From assembly GCA_963666055.2 (NCBI GenBank), contig CAXWPH010000015.1, positions 1,088,001 through 1,152,000 on the forward strand: a stretch of DNA of 64,000 bases, given 5' to 3'. This document shows positions 9,452 through 20,341 of the stretch, piece by piece (position 1 is the first letter of the stretch; every line of letters begins with the position of its first letter). A program made the position numbers and the translations under genes. The notes beneath the pieces are model-generated. The model made no database searches, was not told where the DNA came from, and saw only the letters and a list, made by a program, of their open reading frames with translations. Origin of the DNA: Acidobacteriota bacterium. GTDB lineage: Bacteria; Acidobacteriota; UBA890; WLXD01.

Positions 9452-11140
9452 TTACTCCAGTTCGAGATCGGTAACAGCGCCGCGATCGGCGCTGGAAACC
9501 AGCCGCGCGTACTTGGCGAGAACGCCGCGCGAATAGCGGGGAGCCGGCGGCTTCCATGCGGCGCGGCGGCGGCGGAGCTCCTCCTCGTCGACCTCCAGTT
9601 GAAGCGTCCGCGCCGGCGCATCGATGGTGACCTTGTCGCCCTCGTGCACCAGCGCGATCGGTCCACCGACGGCTGCCTCCGGCACGACGTGGCCCACCAC
9701 CATGCCGTAGGTGCCACCGCTGAAGCGTCCGTCCGTGATAAGCCCGACCAAATCTCCGAGCCCGGCACCGATGAGGGCGCTCGTCGGTGCCAGCATCTCG
9801 CGCATGCCGGGTCCACCGCGGGGGCCTTCGTAGCGAATTACGACGACGTCGCCGGCGCGGATCTCACCGGCGAGGATCGCGCTCAGGCTGTCCTCCTCGC
9901 AATCGAACACCCGGGCCGGGCCCGATATGCGCGGGTTCTTGACGCCCGTGAGCTTCGCCACGCCTCCGCCTGGCGCCAGGTTGCCACGAAGGATCGCCAG
10001 GTGGCCGGTCGGGTAAAGGGGCTGGCCCCACGGTCGGATCACGTCCTGGTCGGAGGGTGGAACCGGGGGGACCTCGGCCAGGCTCTCGGCGATGGTCGCA
10101 CCCGTCACCGTGCGGCAGTCTCCATCGAGGACACCGTGCTCGAGCAGCACCTTCATGACCTGAGGCACGCCGCCGGCGCGATGGAAGTCGACCGTCACGT
10201 ATCGACCACTGGGCTTCAGGTCGCACAGGACGGGCACCCGAGCACCGACCCGCTCGAAGTCGTCGAGGCCGAGCTCCACGCCCGCCGCATGCGCGATGGC
10301 GGGCAGGTGCAGCACCGCGTTCGTCGAACCCCCGACCGCCATGGTGACGGCCACGGCGTTCAGCAGCGCCTGGCGCGTCACGATGTCTCGTGGCAGCCGA
10401 TCGGCTGCGATGCAGTCGGCGAGGACGCGCGCCGACTCGGCCGCGCTCTCGGCCTTCTCCGCGTCCTCCGCAGCCATGGTGGACGAGTACGGAAGGCTCA
10501 TCCCCATCGCCTCGATCGCGCTCGACATGGTGTTGGCTGTGAACATCCCACCACACGAGCCTGCGCCCGGGCAGGCGTTGCGCTCGATCGCCGCGAGCTC
10601 CTCGTCCGTGATTTTGCCAGCGGCGTGCTCTCCGACCGCCTCGAACGCGCTCACCACCGTCAGGTCGCGGCCGGCGTGGTGACCTGGCTTGATGGTGCCT
10701 CCGTAGACGAACACCGCGGGAATGTTCAGGCGCCCGATGGCCATCATGGCGCCGGGCATGTTCTTGTCACATCCGCCCAGGGCGAGCACGCCGTCGAAGC
10801 TCTGGCCGTTGCATACGGTCTCGATGGAATCGGCGATGACCTCGCGCGAGACCAGCGAGTACTTCATCCCCTCGGTGCCCATCGAGATGCCGTCGGCCAC
10901 GGTGATCGTCCCGAACTCGAGAGCGCGAGCACCCGCCTCGTGCAGCGCGCTCCGAGCGCGCTCCGCGAGCGCGCCGAGACCTATGTTGCACGGCGTCAGG
11001 TTCGAGTGGGCGTTGGCGATACCGACGATCGGCTTGTCGAAGTCCTCGTCCTCGAATCCGACCGCGCGAAGCATCGCCCGGTTGGGAGCGCGCTGCACCC
11101 CTTCCGTCACGGCACTGCTACGTCGCTTCTTCAATGTCAC
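9452..11140 (-). CDS. ilvD: Dihydroxy-acid dehydratase
   Basis: [60 protein letters not shown]. Confidence 0.97.
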   Translation of the reverse strand: MTLKKRRSSAVTEGVQRAPNRAMLRAVGFEDEDFDKPIVGIANAHSNLTPCNIGLGALAERARSALHEAGARALEFGTITVADGISMGTEGMKYSLVSREVIADSIETVCNGQSFDGVLALGGCDKNMPGAMMAIGRLNIPAVFVYGGTIKPGHHAGRDLTVVSAFEAVGEHAAGKITDEELAAIERNACPGAGSCGGMFTANTMSSAIEAMGMSLPYSSTMAAEDAEKAESAAESARVLADCIAADRLPRDIVTRQALLNAVAVTMAVGGSTNAVLHLPAIAHAAGVELGLDDFERVGARVPVLCDLKPSGRYVTVDFHRAGGVPQVMKVLLEHGVLDGDCRTVTGATIAESLAEVPPVPPSDQDVIRPWGQPLYPTGHLAILRGNLAPGGGVAKLTGVKNPRISGPARVFDCEEDSLSAILAGEIRAGDVVVIRYEGPRGGPGMREMLAPTSALIGAGLGDLVGLITDGRFSGGTYGMVVGHVVPEAAVGGPIALVHEGDKVTIDAPARTLQLEVDEEELRRRRAAWKPPAPRYSRGVLAKYARLVSSADRGAVTDLELE

Positions 11141-11198
11141 CTCAGCTCAAGCTCAAAAAGTCGTTTGTGTGCTGGCACGGGCTACACACGCCCCGGTC

Positions 11199-13220
11199 CT
11201 AGCCGCGCAGCAACTCGTCTGTAATGGAGGTTCTTCGCCGGGCGCGGCTTCGAACGACGAGCTGCTCGCGGGCGGCTCGATGCGCCTCGTCGATGGCTGA
11301 GTCGGTGTGGGTGGAGGCAGCGGCATCGGAGTTGGCGATCGAAATCCGACCGAATCGCCGCCTCCCGACGACGCACGGCCGATCGTCGGGGGCGAACAGC
11401 GCCCACTCGATCGGATCGTTCAAGGTGTCGTAGCTATAGGCATAGCCGTGCGGCCAGCGATTCACGGTGATCGCTTCGATGTCCCGGGCTGGGTCGAATC
11501 CCCCACTCTCTAGGGTTCGACTGAGTTGGTCCCGGATGTTGCGCTCGAAGGTCTCGAAGGTGGTGGTCAATAGCTCCTCTCGCCCGATGCGATGCTGCTC
11601 CTTCTTCGGGTGTCCAGGAGCGCAAGGCACCCTGGTCATCTGCAGAATCATCGGGTCGTCAGGCGATGTGGAGGGTTGGTAGTCACCGAACTGCACGGAG
11701 CGGCCGAGGCTGACCCCGCTGTGGTACATCCCCGGAGCAGTCACCCTCGAGATGCCGAGGTTCGTGAAGGCCGTCCACTGACGGATGAGAACCCTGGTGG
11801 AGACCATGGGCATCTTGACGCCATACATGAGCGCCACCTTCTGCTCGTCGGACATCTCGGGGCACAGGTGCGGGATGACGCCGTTGTAGCACGCCATCAC
11901 GCAGTGATCCGCCCGTACCTTCTCGGCCTTGCCGCCGCGCACATAGGTGATCTCGACCCCGCGGGCCGCGTCGGGATCGCCCAGGTGCTGGACAGATATG
12001 ACTGTGCTGTTGAGACGGATCCGGGCATCGGAGCCGGCGCGGTCGATCCGGTCGTACGCCAGGCGCGACATGATCGAGTCCTCCAGCGAGGTGCCCGGAA
12101 GCGCATCGGGAATCATCCCCCGAACCAGCAGCCGGGCCACCGTTGCGTTGCCGTCCGGAAGGTAGATGTTCGGTCCTTTGTTCCACTCGCTCTCGCGACC
12201 GTGTTGTCCGCCCCCGATGTGGCTGAGGGGGCTCACGCGAGGGGAGGGCTCGAGGTTCATTCCCTGGAAGCCGGGATAGCCCTGGGCCCATCCATAGAGC
12301 GCCGGATAGCCGTCGATGCCGACGCAGAAGCTGCCCTTCGGGCGGTCATCGAAGAACGGGATCACATCGGGGTGGACCTTGGCGAGATCGAGGAGGAAGT
12401 CCCGATAACTGATCCGCGCCAGGCGCTCCTTCTTGTCTGCATCCGACAGTCCGGGCATATAGTCCGAGTTTGCGCCGTCATCGTAGAGCCGCGCGATGTC
12501 GCGCCGCGCTTCCGGAGACAGCGGGGTCTGGGCGAGCCAATCGACCCATCCGCTGCTTCCGGATCCCTCTCGCGCTCCTCGTCCCTTAACGAGCCGATCC
12601 TCGCCGCCGAACACCTCTTTGGCGAAGAACGTGGCGCCGCCAAGGCCCAGCGATCCGTAGAACGCCATACCCGCGGCGCTGGTGGCATTCGCACTTTCCA
12701 CGTCGATGCCGATCGCGGCGAGGAGCGTCTTGGAGACGGTGCTGTATTGACCCACGGACTCCAGGTACGACGTGCCGCCGTTGAGCATCAGCGTACGGCC
12801 TCGGTAGGTCATCTCGTTGCGCTTGGCGTGGCCGCCGAAGTCATCGTGGTTGTCGAGCACCAGCACCCGTGCGCCGCGGCCCGCCGAGGTCAGGAAGAAG
12901 TAGGCTGCGGAGAGCCCGCTCAGCCCCCCTCCGACCACCACCATGTCGTAGCTTTCGCCCGTGTCGGCGACATCGGTCCAGGTTTTTCCGTCGCGCAACG
13001 CATGGGCGACCTCGAACGAACCGGGGTGGCTGCCGCGCATTCCAGTCAGGGCCGGTGGGTAGTACTCCTGGGCCCGGGACGGATGGGACGTGCGCTCTCG
13101 CGCCGACAGCCAGCCAGGTGCGATCAGCGACCCCCCGATGGCAACCCCCACACCATTGACGAAGTCGCGTCGGCTGATATCCCGGTGCATCCCGAGATCA
13201 CGATCCGCATTCTTGGACAT
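11199..13220 (-). CDS. Second SpdH-like FAD-dependent oxidoreductase, Tat-like leader
   Basis: Paralog of 890-2890: ISRRDFVNG, YYPPALTGMRGSH, DNHDDFGGHAKRNE, PDGNA, NRWPHGYA. Confidence 0.8.
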   Translation of the reverse strand: MSKNADRDLGMHRDISRRDFVNGVGVAIGGSLIAPGWLSARERTSHPSRAQEYYPPALTGMRGSHPGSFEVAHALRDGKTWTDVADTGESYDMVVVGGGLSGLSAAYFFLTSAGRGARVLVLDNHDDFGGHAKRNEMTYRGRTLMLNGGTSYLESVGQYSTVSKTLLAAIGIDVESANATSAAGMAFYGSLGLGGATFFAKEVFGGEDRLVKGRGAREGSGSSGWVDWLAQTPLSPEARRDIARLYDDGANSDYMPGLSDADKKERLARISYRDFLLDLAKVHPDVIPFFDDRPKGSFCVGIDGYPALYGWAQGYPGFQGMNLEPSPRVSPLSHIGGGQHGRESEWNKGPNIYLPDGNATVARLLVRGMIPDALPGTSLEDSIMSRLAYDRIDRAGSDARIRLNSTVISVQHLGDPDAARGVEITYVRGGKAEKVRADHCVMACYNGVIPHLCPEMSDEQKVALMYGVKMPMVSTRVLIRQWTAFTNLGISRVTAPGMYHSGVSLGRSVQFGDYQPSTSPDDPMILQMTRVPCAPGHPKKEQHRIGREELLTTTFETFERNIRDQLSRTLESGGFDPARDIEAITVNRWPHGYAYSYDTLNDPIEWALFAPDDRPCVVGRRRFGRISIANSDAAASTHTDSAIDEAHRAAREQLVVRSRARRRTSITDELLRG

Positions 13221-13537
13221 AGCCTCTCCGATTCTCTGACGCGCGAAACTTCGCGGAACGCCGGCTTTTCTGAAGTCCGACCCATATGTAGATGGCGCGC
13301 AAGTTCTGCCGGTCCAGAGCCAATGTCAAGCTAGCCTGCGCACCATCCCAAATCGTGACTGTTGGAGCCGGGCTGGCCTCTATGTTCGGCAGATACCTCC
13401 GCACGGGTCGAGAATATCGCGGTACACACTTTCCGACGAAACCTACGGAGAAAGCTACCGTCTATATAGCGTGACCTTATATAGGGTCGTGCGATAAGGT
13501 AGGCGGCCCCAGAAGCTAAACCGATGCAAGGATTCTC

Positions 13538-13852
13538 GTGAGCGCTCTGCCACCCGTGACCCATCTGCAGTTCCTGATCCTCGAGTCGCTCGCCGGCAAC
13601 GAGCATGCCGGCCGTGAGGTTCGGTCGACGCTGGCCGACCACGGCGCCAGGCGCACCCTTCCCGCCTTCTACGAGCTCATGGCGCGGCTCGAGAAGGCTG
13701 GCTTGGTGCGTGGTTCGTACTCGCCCAAGACGGTGAATGGCCAAATCGTGCGCGAGCGGCGCTATGCGATAACCGAGGCGGGGCGCGAGGCCCACGCCGC
13801 CACCTGCCGGTTTTACCGCGACAAGCTCGCCATTCGAGCCCAGGAAGCATGA
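13538..13852 (+). CDS. PadR-family transcriptional regulator
   Basis: Winged-helix pattern FYELMARLEKAGLV...RRYAITEAGR; stop overlaps the permease start (ATGA). Confidence 0.8.
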   Translation: MSALPPVTHLQFLILESLAGNEHAGREVRSTLADHGARRTLPAFYELMARLEKAGLVRGSYSPKTVNGQIVRERRYAITEAGREAHAATCRFYRDKLAIRAQEA

Positions 13853-16594
13853 CGATGGAGAGTGGCTGGGTTCGACTCCTGCGCCGCGCGCTGCCGCGGC
13901 CGTTGCGCCGATGGCTTTTCGACCCGAGCTTTGCCGAGCTGGTCGAGTTGGCGCACGTCGCCGGCGCTGCCGGGTCGGCGGCCTTGAGCCTGCGGGCGCT
14001 GCGCCTGTGGCTGCAGTGCTGGCTCGTCGGCGCCACCAGCCTGCTGCGGCGCCTCTTCGAGCGGGCTCGTGCCCGGCCGTTCGACTCGCCCCTGACGCTT
14101 CCTTCATCCCCGGATCCGGAGACCTCCATGCAATCGCTGCTCCAGGACCTGCGCTACGCCTTTCGCTCCCTGTGCTCCGTCCCCGGCTTCACCACGGTGG
14201 CGATCCTCACGCTGGCGCTGGGGACCGGGGTCAACACCGCTATCTTCGGCATCGTGGACCTGCTCATGCTGCGCCCGCTGGCGGGCGTCGAGGACGGCCA
14301 CGAGCTGGTCTTCGTGATGGGCTCCCAGAGCGGACATGCCGTTCCTGATGAACCTGTCGTATCCGAATTACGAGGATCTCCGCGACGACCTCGAGGGCTT
14401 CGACGATTTGCTGGCGTACTCCTTGAGGCCCATCAGCCTGACAACGGCCGACGGCCTGGCGGAACGTCTCTACGCCTATACCGTGAGCGCCAACTACTTC
14501 GACGTGCTCGGCGTGCGGATGCGTCACGGCCGCGGCTTCGACGTCGACGAGGGACTGGTCGACACCCCGGCAACCGTCGTGGTGCTCGATCACGGCTACT
14601 GGCAGTCGCGGCTCGGGGGCAGCCCGGACGTGGTGGGCTCGAACGTCGAGATCAACGGCGTGCGGTTCACCGTGGTCGGAGTTGCGCCCGAGGAGTTCCT
14701 CGGGGTGGAGTCGATGCTGGGCCCCCAACTCTACCTGCCGCTGGGGGCGCTGGTGGCGATCGAAGATGACGTGGCCTGGCTGCAGTCGCGACGCGCCGGA
14801 GCCTTCCGGGTGATGGGCCGGCTGGCCGACGACTTCGAACCGGCGCAGGCGGCCGCCAGCGCCGCGGCCGCCTGGGAGCGATTACGCCAGGCTCACCCGG
14901 AGGACAACGGCGAGCGAGGGGTGGTGGTGCTTCCCGAGCGGGCTGGGCGCCCGGATCCTTCCGCCGCCGGCCAGTTCGCCGGCATCGCCGTGATCTTCCT
15001 GGTGCTGGTGGCTCTGGTGCTGACGATTGCCTGCACCAACGTCGCCAACCTGATGCTCGCTCGTGCCACCGGCCGGGTGCGCGAGATAGCCATTCGCTCG
15101 GCGCTCGGCGCCGGCCGCGCCCGCCTGGTGCGGCAGCTGGCCACCGAAAGCGCGCTGCTGGGCCTCGCCGGCGGGGTGGCCGGGGTAATCATCGCCATCT
15201 GGTCGGCGGCCACCTTGCGGTCGGTGGTTTCCAGCTGGCAGCTCGAGTTGCCCGTGCGTCTGCCACTGCACATCGACCTTCGGGTCATCGCGTTCGGGCT
15301 GGTCATTGCCGTCGGCGCCGGCCTGCTCGCCGGCTTGCTGCCGGCCCTGCGGGCATCGAGCGGAGACCTCGGGCTCGGCCTCAACGAGGGAGCGCGCGGG
15401 GCCTCCGGGGGCCGCCAACGTCAGCGCGCGCGCAGCGTGCTGGTGGTGGCACAGGTGATGGTTTCGGTGGTGCTACTGGTAGCTGCCGGCTTGTTCGTCC
15501 GCAGTTTGCAGAACGCGCGCGGAGCGCAGCTGGGCTTCGAGACCGAGGACCGACTGCTGGTGTCGTTCGACCCATCGGTGGTCGGCGTGGATCCGACCGA
15601 GGGTCAAGAGCTGCACCGCCAGCTGCTGGCGCGCACCCGCGCCCTTCCCGGCGTGATTGCGGCCGGCATCACGAACGCCCCGGTGTTCAGCCCGCGAAGC
15701 TTGATGGCCGAGGTTCTCGACGAGGAGCAGGCAGCGCTGGGTGACGAGCGAGGCACGCTCACGCCCTACTTCAGCGTCTCCGCCGGGTACCTGGAGGCCG
15801 CGGGTACGCGGCTGCTTCGGGGCCGCGACCTACGCGACAGCGATACTCTCGACAGCAGTCGCGTGGCGCTGGTGAACGAGTTCATGGCCGAACAGTTGTG
15901 GCCCGGAGAGGATCCGATCGGCGAGCGCTTCTTCGCTGCCCCGGATGAGGATTGGGAGGTCGTGGGCGTGGTGGAACAGGGCAAGTACACGCTCGTCTGG
16001 GAGGATCCCACGCCCGCCTTCTTCATCCCCGTGGCGCAGGAGTACCCCGACGCCGCTACCCTTGTCGTTCATGTCGCCGGCAACCCGCTCGACCTGGCGG
16101 ATCCGCTCCGTCGGGCGCTGTCGGAGCTGGCGCCCACGGTGCCAGTGTTCGGCGTCATGACGATGGACACTCATCTGCGCGACGGCCGCGCGCTGATGCT
16201 GGTGCGTCTGGCCAGTGGCCTGGTGACGGCGTTTGGGCTCCTCGGCATCGCCCTGGCCACGGTGGGGCTGTATGGCGTGATCGCCTACTCGGTGACCCAG
16301 CGGGTGCGGGAGTTCGGGGTGCGCATTGCGCTCGGTGCAGCGCCCGGGAGCGTGCTGTGGATGGTGCTGCGTCAGGGGTTCGTGCTGGCTGCCATCGGTT
16401 CCGCGCTGGGTGTGCTGCTTTCCATCGCTGCGGGCCGGCTGGTCGCGCCGCTGCTGATCGAGGTAAGCGCCACCGACCCGCGGATCTTCGGCGCCGGGGT
16501 GGCGTTTACGTTGGCGACCGCCGCGGTCGCGAGCTTCGTGCCGGCCTGGCGGGCGACGCGGGTAGACCCGAGCGTGGCGCTCCGCAACGAATAG
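13849..16594 (+). pseudogene. ADOP-type duplicated MacB/FtsX permease, frameshifted near 14330
   Basis: MQSLLQDLRYAFRSL...TLALGTGVNTAIF in one frame continues as LSYPNYEDLR...LTIACTNVANL...PAWRATRVDP in another; could be a sequencing error. Confidence 0.8.
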
Positions 16595-16632
16595 GTGTTG
16601 GAGCTGGGCGATGCTTTCTGGAGAAAGACAGC

Positions 16633-19600
16633 CTACTGGCGTCGATCCCAGTAGTCGATCGGGCGGTCGTCGGCACGGAGTGCGTCCTGCTCCATCCACG
16701 GACGGGCACCGTAGGGTCGCTGTTCTGGCCAGACCTCGTCGAGCGTCTCGGCCTCGAACAGGATGCCTCCCTGCATGACGTAGCGGATGTCGGCGGTGTT
16801 GCGGATGTCGTCCAGGGGGTTGGATCTCAGGACGAGCAGATCCGCCAGCTTGCCGACCTCGATCGAGCCGAGATCCTCCTGCACACCGAGAAAGTAGGCA
16901 CCTTGCTGGCTGGCCAGCTTCAACGCGCCGAGTGGCCCCATGGCGGAGGCGGCCATCCACACTTCCCAGTGGGGCGCGATCCCGTGGCCCTGTCCGTGCG
17001 CGCCGATGGCGCCGTGGCCGCCGGCCTCGATGATGTCCGCCACTGCCTGCGCCAGGTACGGAAAGCTGTAGTCGGTGGCGGGACGCAGCGGTCGCCGGCG
17101 GGCGTGCGGCAGGATCGTCCGCCACGGCATCCAGCTCATCAGCTTCTCGTCCTCCCAGACGTTGCTCTCCGCATACCAGTAGTTCTCGTTCCAGGGCGCA
17201 AAGCCGACCCCGAAGGTGACCGAATAGGTGGCCTCGGCTCGCCCGAAGAACGTGGTGACGTCGCTGTACAGGGGCAGGTAGCCGAGCGGGTGCTCCCAGC
17301 CGGTCTGGCCGTCCATGATCATGCCCAGGTTGTAGTTCAGGTCGCCCCCCTCGGAGGTGACCATGAGCCCCACCTTCCGGGCCACGTCCGAGATCCACTG
17401 GCGCTGGTCGCGGCGCGGCTGCATGTACTGCTTCAGCGACACCGCGCCCCACGACTGCAGGCGGCGGATGTTCTGCTCCGCCACCTCGTAGCTGGAGATC
17501 TCGTTCTGCCGAAAGGCATCGCCCCGATACAGCGGCGGGCCGGTGCTGAAGGTGCGGGGCCCCAGGATGGCGCCCGAGCGCACCAGCTCGGCGGTGGTGA
17601 AGATGTTCTGGCTCCACATCGAGTTGTCGAGGTCGGTGGTGACCCCGTAGGCCAGGTAGACGGCAGCCTCGAAGCTCTTCTTGCCGATCACTCCGCGGGT
17701 CTCGCGATGGTGGTGGGCGTGCATGTCGATGAAGCCGGGGATGATCGTCGTTCCCGTCACGTCCACTACCCGGTCGACGTCGAGCACGCACTCTCCGACG
17801 CACACGATGCGGCTCCCGCGCACCACGACCGTGCCGCTGTCGATCACCACATCCCCGTCGAGCGTGACGATCCGCGCCCCGGTGAGCGCGATCGCGATCG
17901 CCTCGTCGGGGATTCGCCGCGACAACTTCAGCCGTGCCTCGGTGCTCTGCACTTCTCGCGTGTCCACCCGATAGAGGTGGTGCCGGTTGCCGCTGCCGAA
18001 CTCGAGCTCGTTGGCGCTGCGCCAGCGCAGGAACATGCCGCCTTCGAAGCTCACCTGACGCACTGGGAGGTTGCCGTGGCGCTTCTCAATCTGTGGCGGC
18101 TTACCGCCGGTGCCGAAGGCGGGGAACGCCGTGATGTAGGCGTTGTCGCCCTCCTGAAAGGCGACCCAGCGGCCGTCGGGCGACGGGGCGATCTCGTCGG
18201 CGTAGGGGAAGGTCATGTGCACCCGTTCGTCGCCGCCGTCGCGCCGCACGGAAACGAGCGCGACAACCGCGTCGCCGTCGGCGTTCTCCTGGTCCTCGGC
18301 AAAGTAGACTCGCCCCGCGGGACCGAAGGAGGGCTGCGTGATCGAGCGCCGCGAGACCCCGTAGACACCCACCTCGGAGGGCGGGTTGATCATCGTGATC
18401 ACCTCGCTGGGAGCGGACCCTCCCGAGGCGCTGACGTTCACGAGCTGGTAATACGGGTTGAACATCCAGCCGCGACCGTGGCTGGTGACGCCCGATCCCT
18501 GCACCGCGACGATGTCGCGCCCGCTCGGACTCCAGACCGGATTCAGATACTCCCCCTCGGTCTCGGTGAGCTGCTCGGGGGCGCCGCCCTCGACCGACGC
18601 CTTCCAGACGTGGCCGCGCGCCGCCTCGTCGGCGCTGGTGAAGGCGATGAACCGACCATCGGGTGACCAGGCCGGGGAGAGCTCGAAGGGCTCGAACGAC
18701 TCGGGGGTCAGGCGTCGTGGCTCGCCGCGCTGAAGGCTACTCTCGGGATCTCGATCCATCACCCAGATGCGGCCGGCGGCCTCGAACGCCAGCCGGCTGC
18801 CGTCCGGAGATAGCGTGTGCCAGCGCAAGAACTTGGCGTCGAAGGGCTCGTCGTCGATGCGGAACGGCGCGTAGGCGCGCTCGGATATGACGCGATGCAC
18901 GCTGGCGGTGAAGGGAACCGTGCTCACCTCGCCGCTGGCGACGTCGACGCGACGGATCTTGCCGCCCTGCGAGATGACGATCGATCGGCCCTCGAGGTCC
19001 CAGCTGTAGCCCGGTAGAACGTCCCAGCCCCGCGACTCGACCCGATCGTTTTCGATCGGGTCCATGAGCAGACGCTCGACCCCGCTCTGCAGATCCCGCA
19101 ACCAGAGAGCGGTGCGCGGCCCATAGCGGTGCCCTTTGAAGCTCACGGTGCCGTTCGGAATGCGCCGGGCAAACGCCAGCCAGCGACCGTTGGGCGAGAT
19201 CTCCGCCGCGTAGCCGCCACCGCTGGAGAGGCGGATCTGGGTGTTGGGGATCCCCGCGGTGATCTTGATTACTTCGCCGCTGGAGAGCTCCGCACGCCGG
19301 ATCTGCCGGGCGCCCCCCACCGCTCCGACGAGGCCGACGTCCTTGGCGAGATCGAAGTACAGGTACCTGGAGTCCAAGGAGACCGACGGCCAGCCGGCCG
19401 AGTCGAACTCGTCGCCCAATATCGAGATCCCGTCGCCGCCCTCTCGGTGGTACATCCAGATCCCGCCGGGCCGCCGCTGCACCAGGATGTACTGGCCGTC
19501 CGGTGTCCAGGCGGGCTTCGCCACGCGCACAGCGTCGTCGCGGAATACCGCTCGCGGGTTCGAGCCGTCGCTGTCCATCAGCCAGAGGTTGGGCTGGTTG

Positions 19601-20028
19601 GTGCGGTCCGAGACGAAGGCGATCGTCGTCCCGTCGGGCGAGTAGCTGGGCTGGTAGTTGACCGCGACGCCGCTGTTCTGAGTCAGGCACTCGGCAGCGC
19701 CGCCGTCGGCGGAGACTCGGTAGATGTGTCCGAGCAGGTCGAAGACGATCCAGCGGCCGTCGGGCGAGATGTCGACGGACATCCAGGTGCCCTCGCGGGT
19801 CTCGAAGTCGATGGTTCGGGTTCGTCCGCGCGCCGCGGTGACGTCCCACGCCGGGGCATCCTGGCCCGCCGCCTCCTGGCCGGAGCCCTGGACGAGCTCG
19901 TCCACCGACTGCGGTCGATGATCGCGGGCAAAGCCCACTGGCGCCACGCCGACCGCGGTTGCCAGCAACGCCACCGCCGCGAGGGTCGGGGCGAGTCCGA
20001 GCCGTCTCTGGGATCCGTCGTTCTTCAT
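16633..20028 (-). CDS. Exported PD40/TolB beta-propeller + amidohydrolase fusion
   Basis: AGGAG RBS before ATG 20028; signal peptide; EGTWMSVDISPDG and repeated SPDG; PGFIDMHAH; GSIEVGKLADL. Confidence 0.88.
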   Translation of the reverse strand: MKNDGSQRRLGLAPTLAAVALLATAVGVAPVGFARDHRPQSVDELVQGSGQEAAGQDAPAWDVTAARGRTRTIDFETREGTWMSVDISPDGRWIVFDLLGHIYRVSADGGAAECLTQNSGVAVNYQPSYSPDGTTIAFVSDRTNQPNLWLMDSDGSNPRAVFRDDAVRVAKPAWTPDGQYILVQRRPGGIWMYHREGGDGISILGDEFDSAGWPSVSLDSRYLYFDLAKDVGLVGAVGGARQIRRAELSSGEVIKITAGIPNTQIRLSSGGGYAAEISPNGRWLAFARRIPNGTVSFKGHRYGPRTALWLRDLQSGVERLLMDPIENDRVESRGWDVLPGYSWDLEGRSIVISQGGKIRRVDVASGEVSTVPFTASVHRVISERAYAPFRIDDEPFDAKFLRWHTLSPDGSRLAFEAAGRIWVMDRDPESSLQRGEPRRLTPESFEPFELSPAWSPDGRFIAFTSADEAARGHVWKASVEGGAPEQLTETEGEYLNPVWSPSGRDIVAVQGSGVTSHGRGWMFNPYYQLVNVSASGGSAPSEVITMINPPSEVGVYGVSRRSITQPSFGPAGRVYFAEDQENADGDAVVALVSVRRDGGDERVHMTFPYADEIAPSPDGRWVAFQEGDNAYITAFPAFGTGGKPPQIEKRHGNLPVRQVSFEGGMFLRWRSANELEFGSGNRHHLYRVDTREVQSTEARLKLSRRIPDEAIAIALTGARIVTLDGDVVIDSGTVVVRGSRIVCVGECVLDVDRVVDVTGTTIIPGFIDMHAHHHRETRGVIGKKSFEAAVYLAYGVTTDLDNSMWSQNIFTTAELVRSGAILGPRTFSTGPPLYRGDAFRQNEISSYEVAEQNIRRLQSWGAVSLKQYMQPRRDQRQWISDVARKVGLMVTSEGGDLNYNLGMIMDGQTGWEHPLGYLPLYSDVTTFFGRAEATYSVTFGVGFAPWNENYWYAESNVWEDEKLMSWMPWRTILPHARRRPLRPATDYSFPYLAQAVADIIEAGGHGAIGAHGQGHGIAPHWEVWMAASAMGPLGALKLASQQGAYFLGVQEDLGSIEVGKLADLLVLRSNPLDDIRNTADIRYVMQGGILFEAETLDEVWPEQRPYGARPWMEQDALRADDRPIDYWDRRQ

Positions 20029-20169
20029 CCAAGATCTCCTGTGTACGCGTCGAGCTTTGCCGGCCGTGCGTTCCGTTGATGGGGTATCGGTTTCTACTGG
20101 TACGTGAGTAGTAGGAACCTGATATCCCAACGGCCGAGCCTAGCCATGGACCAATGCAGAAGCAACGAG

Positions 20170-20225
20170 ACATGGTTCTTCGCCTACGTCTCCAACGTCA
20201 CCGGACGCTCAGGGACCTACGATGG
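20170..20225 (+). pseudogene. Short relic of a PD40 repeat
   Basis: FAYVSNVTGRSGTY resembles IAYASNETGVLEVY of kinase 29726. Confidence 0.35.
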
Positions 20226-20279
20226 GGGTGGAAAGCTCGATAGTGAAGTACCTCCGAGGGCGAGCCAATCCTCGGCCCG

Positions 20280-20308
20280 TTGGATCTCGTGCGCTCCGGC
20301 GATAGGCT
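20280..20308 (+). promoter_or_regulatory. Sigma70-like promoter of kinase module, copy 2
   Basis: TTGGAT-17-TAGGCT, ending 33 nt before ATG 20342. Confidence 0.6.
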
Positions 20309-20341
20309 TCAGGCGCTTATCCGCCCTACTGCGGCTGCGCC

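Noticed and set aside
13459-13485. CTATATAG / TTATATAG boxes upstream of the first padR as an operator
   Set aside because: Short, unlike the palindrome before the second padR, and could simply be promoter sequence
14300-14345. Programmed ribosomal frameshift in the ADOP gene (also considered at 45325)
   Set aside because: No slippery heptamer or homopolymer run is visible; mutation or sequencing error is more likely
15830-18666. Long ORFs 15830-17803 (-) and 15952-18666 (+), and similar ones such as 1067-2818, 9599-11224 and 11592-13334
   Set aside because: Antisense or shifted-frame shadows of well-supported genes in high-GC DNA; no recognisable motifs
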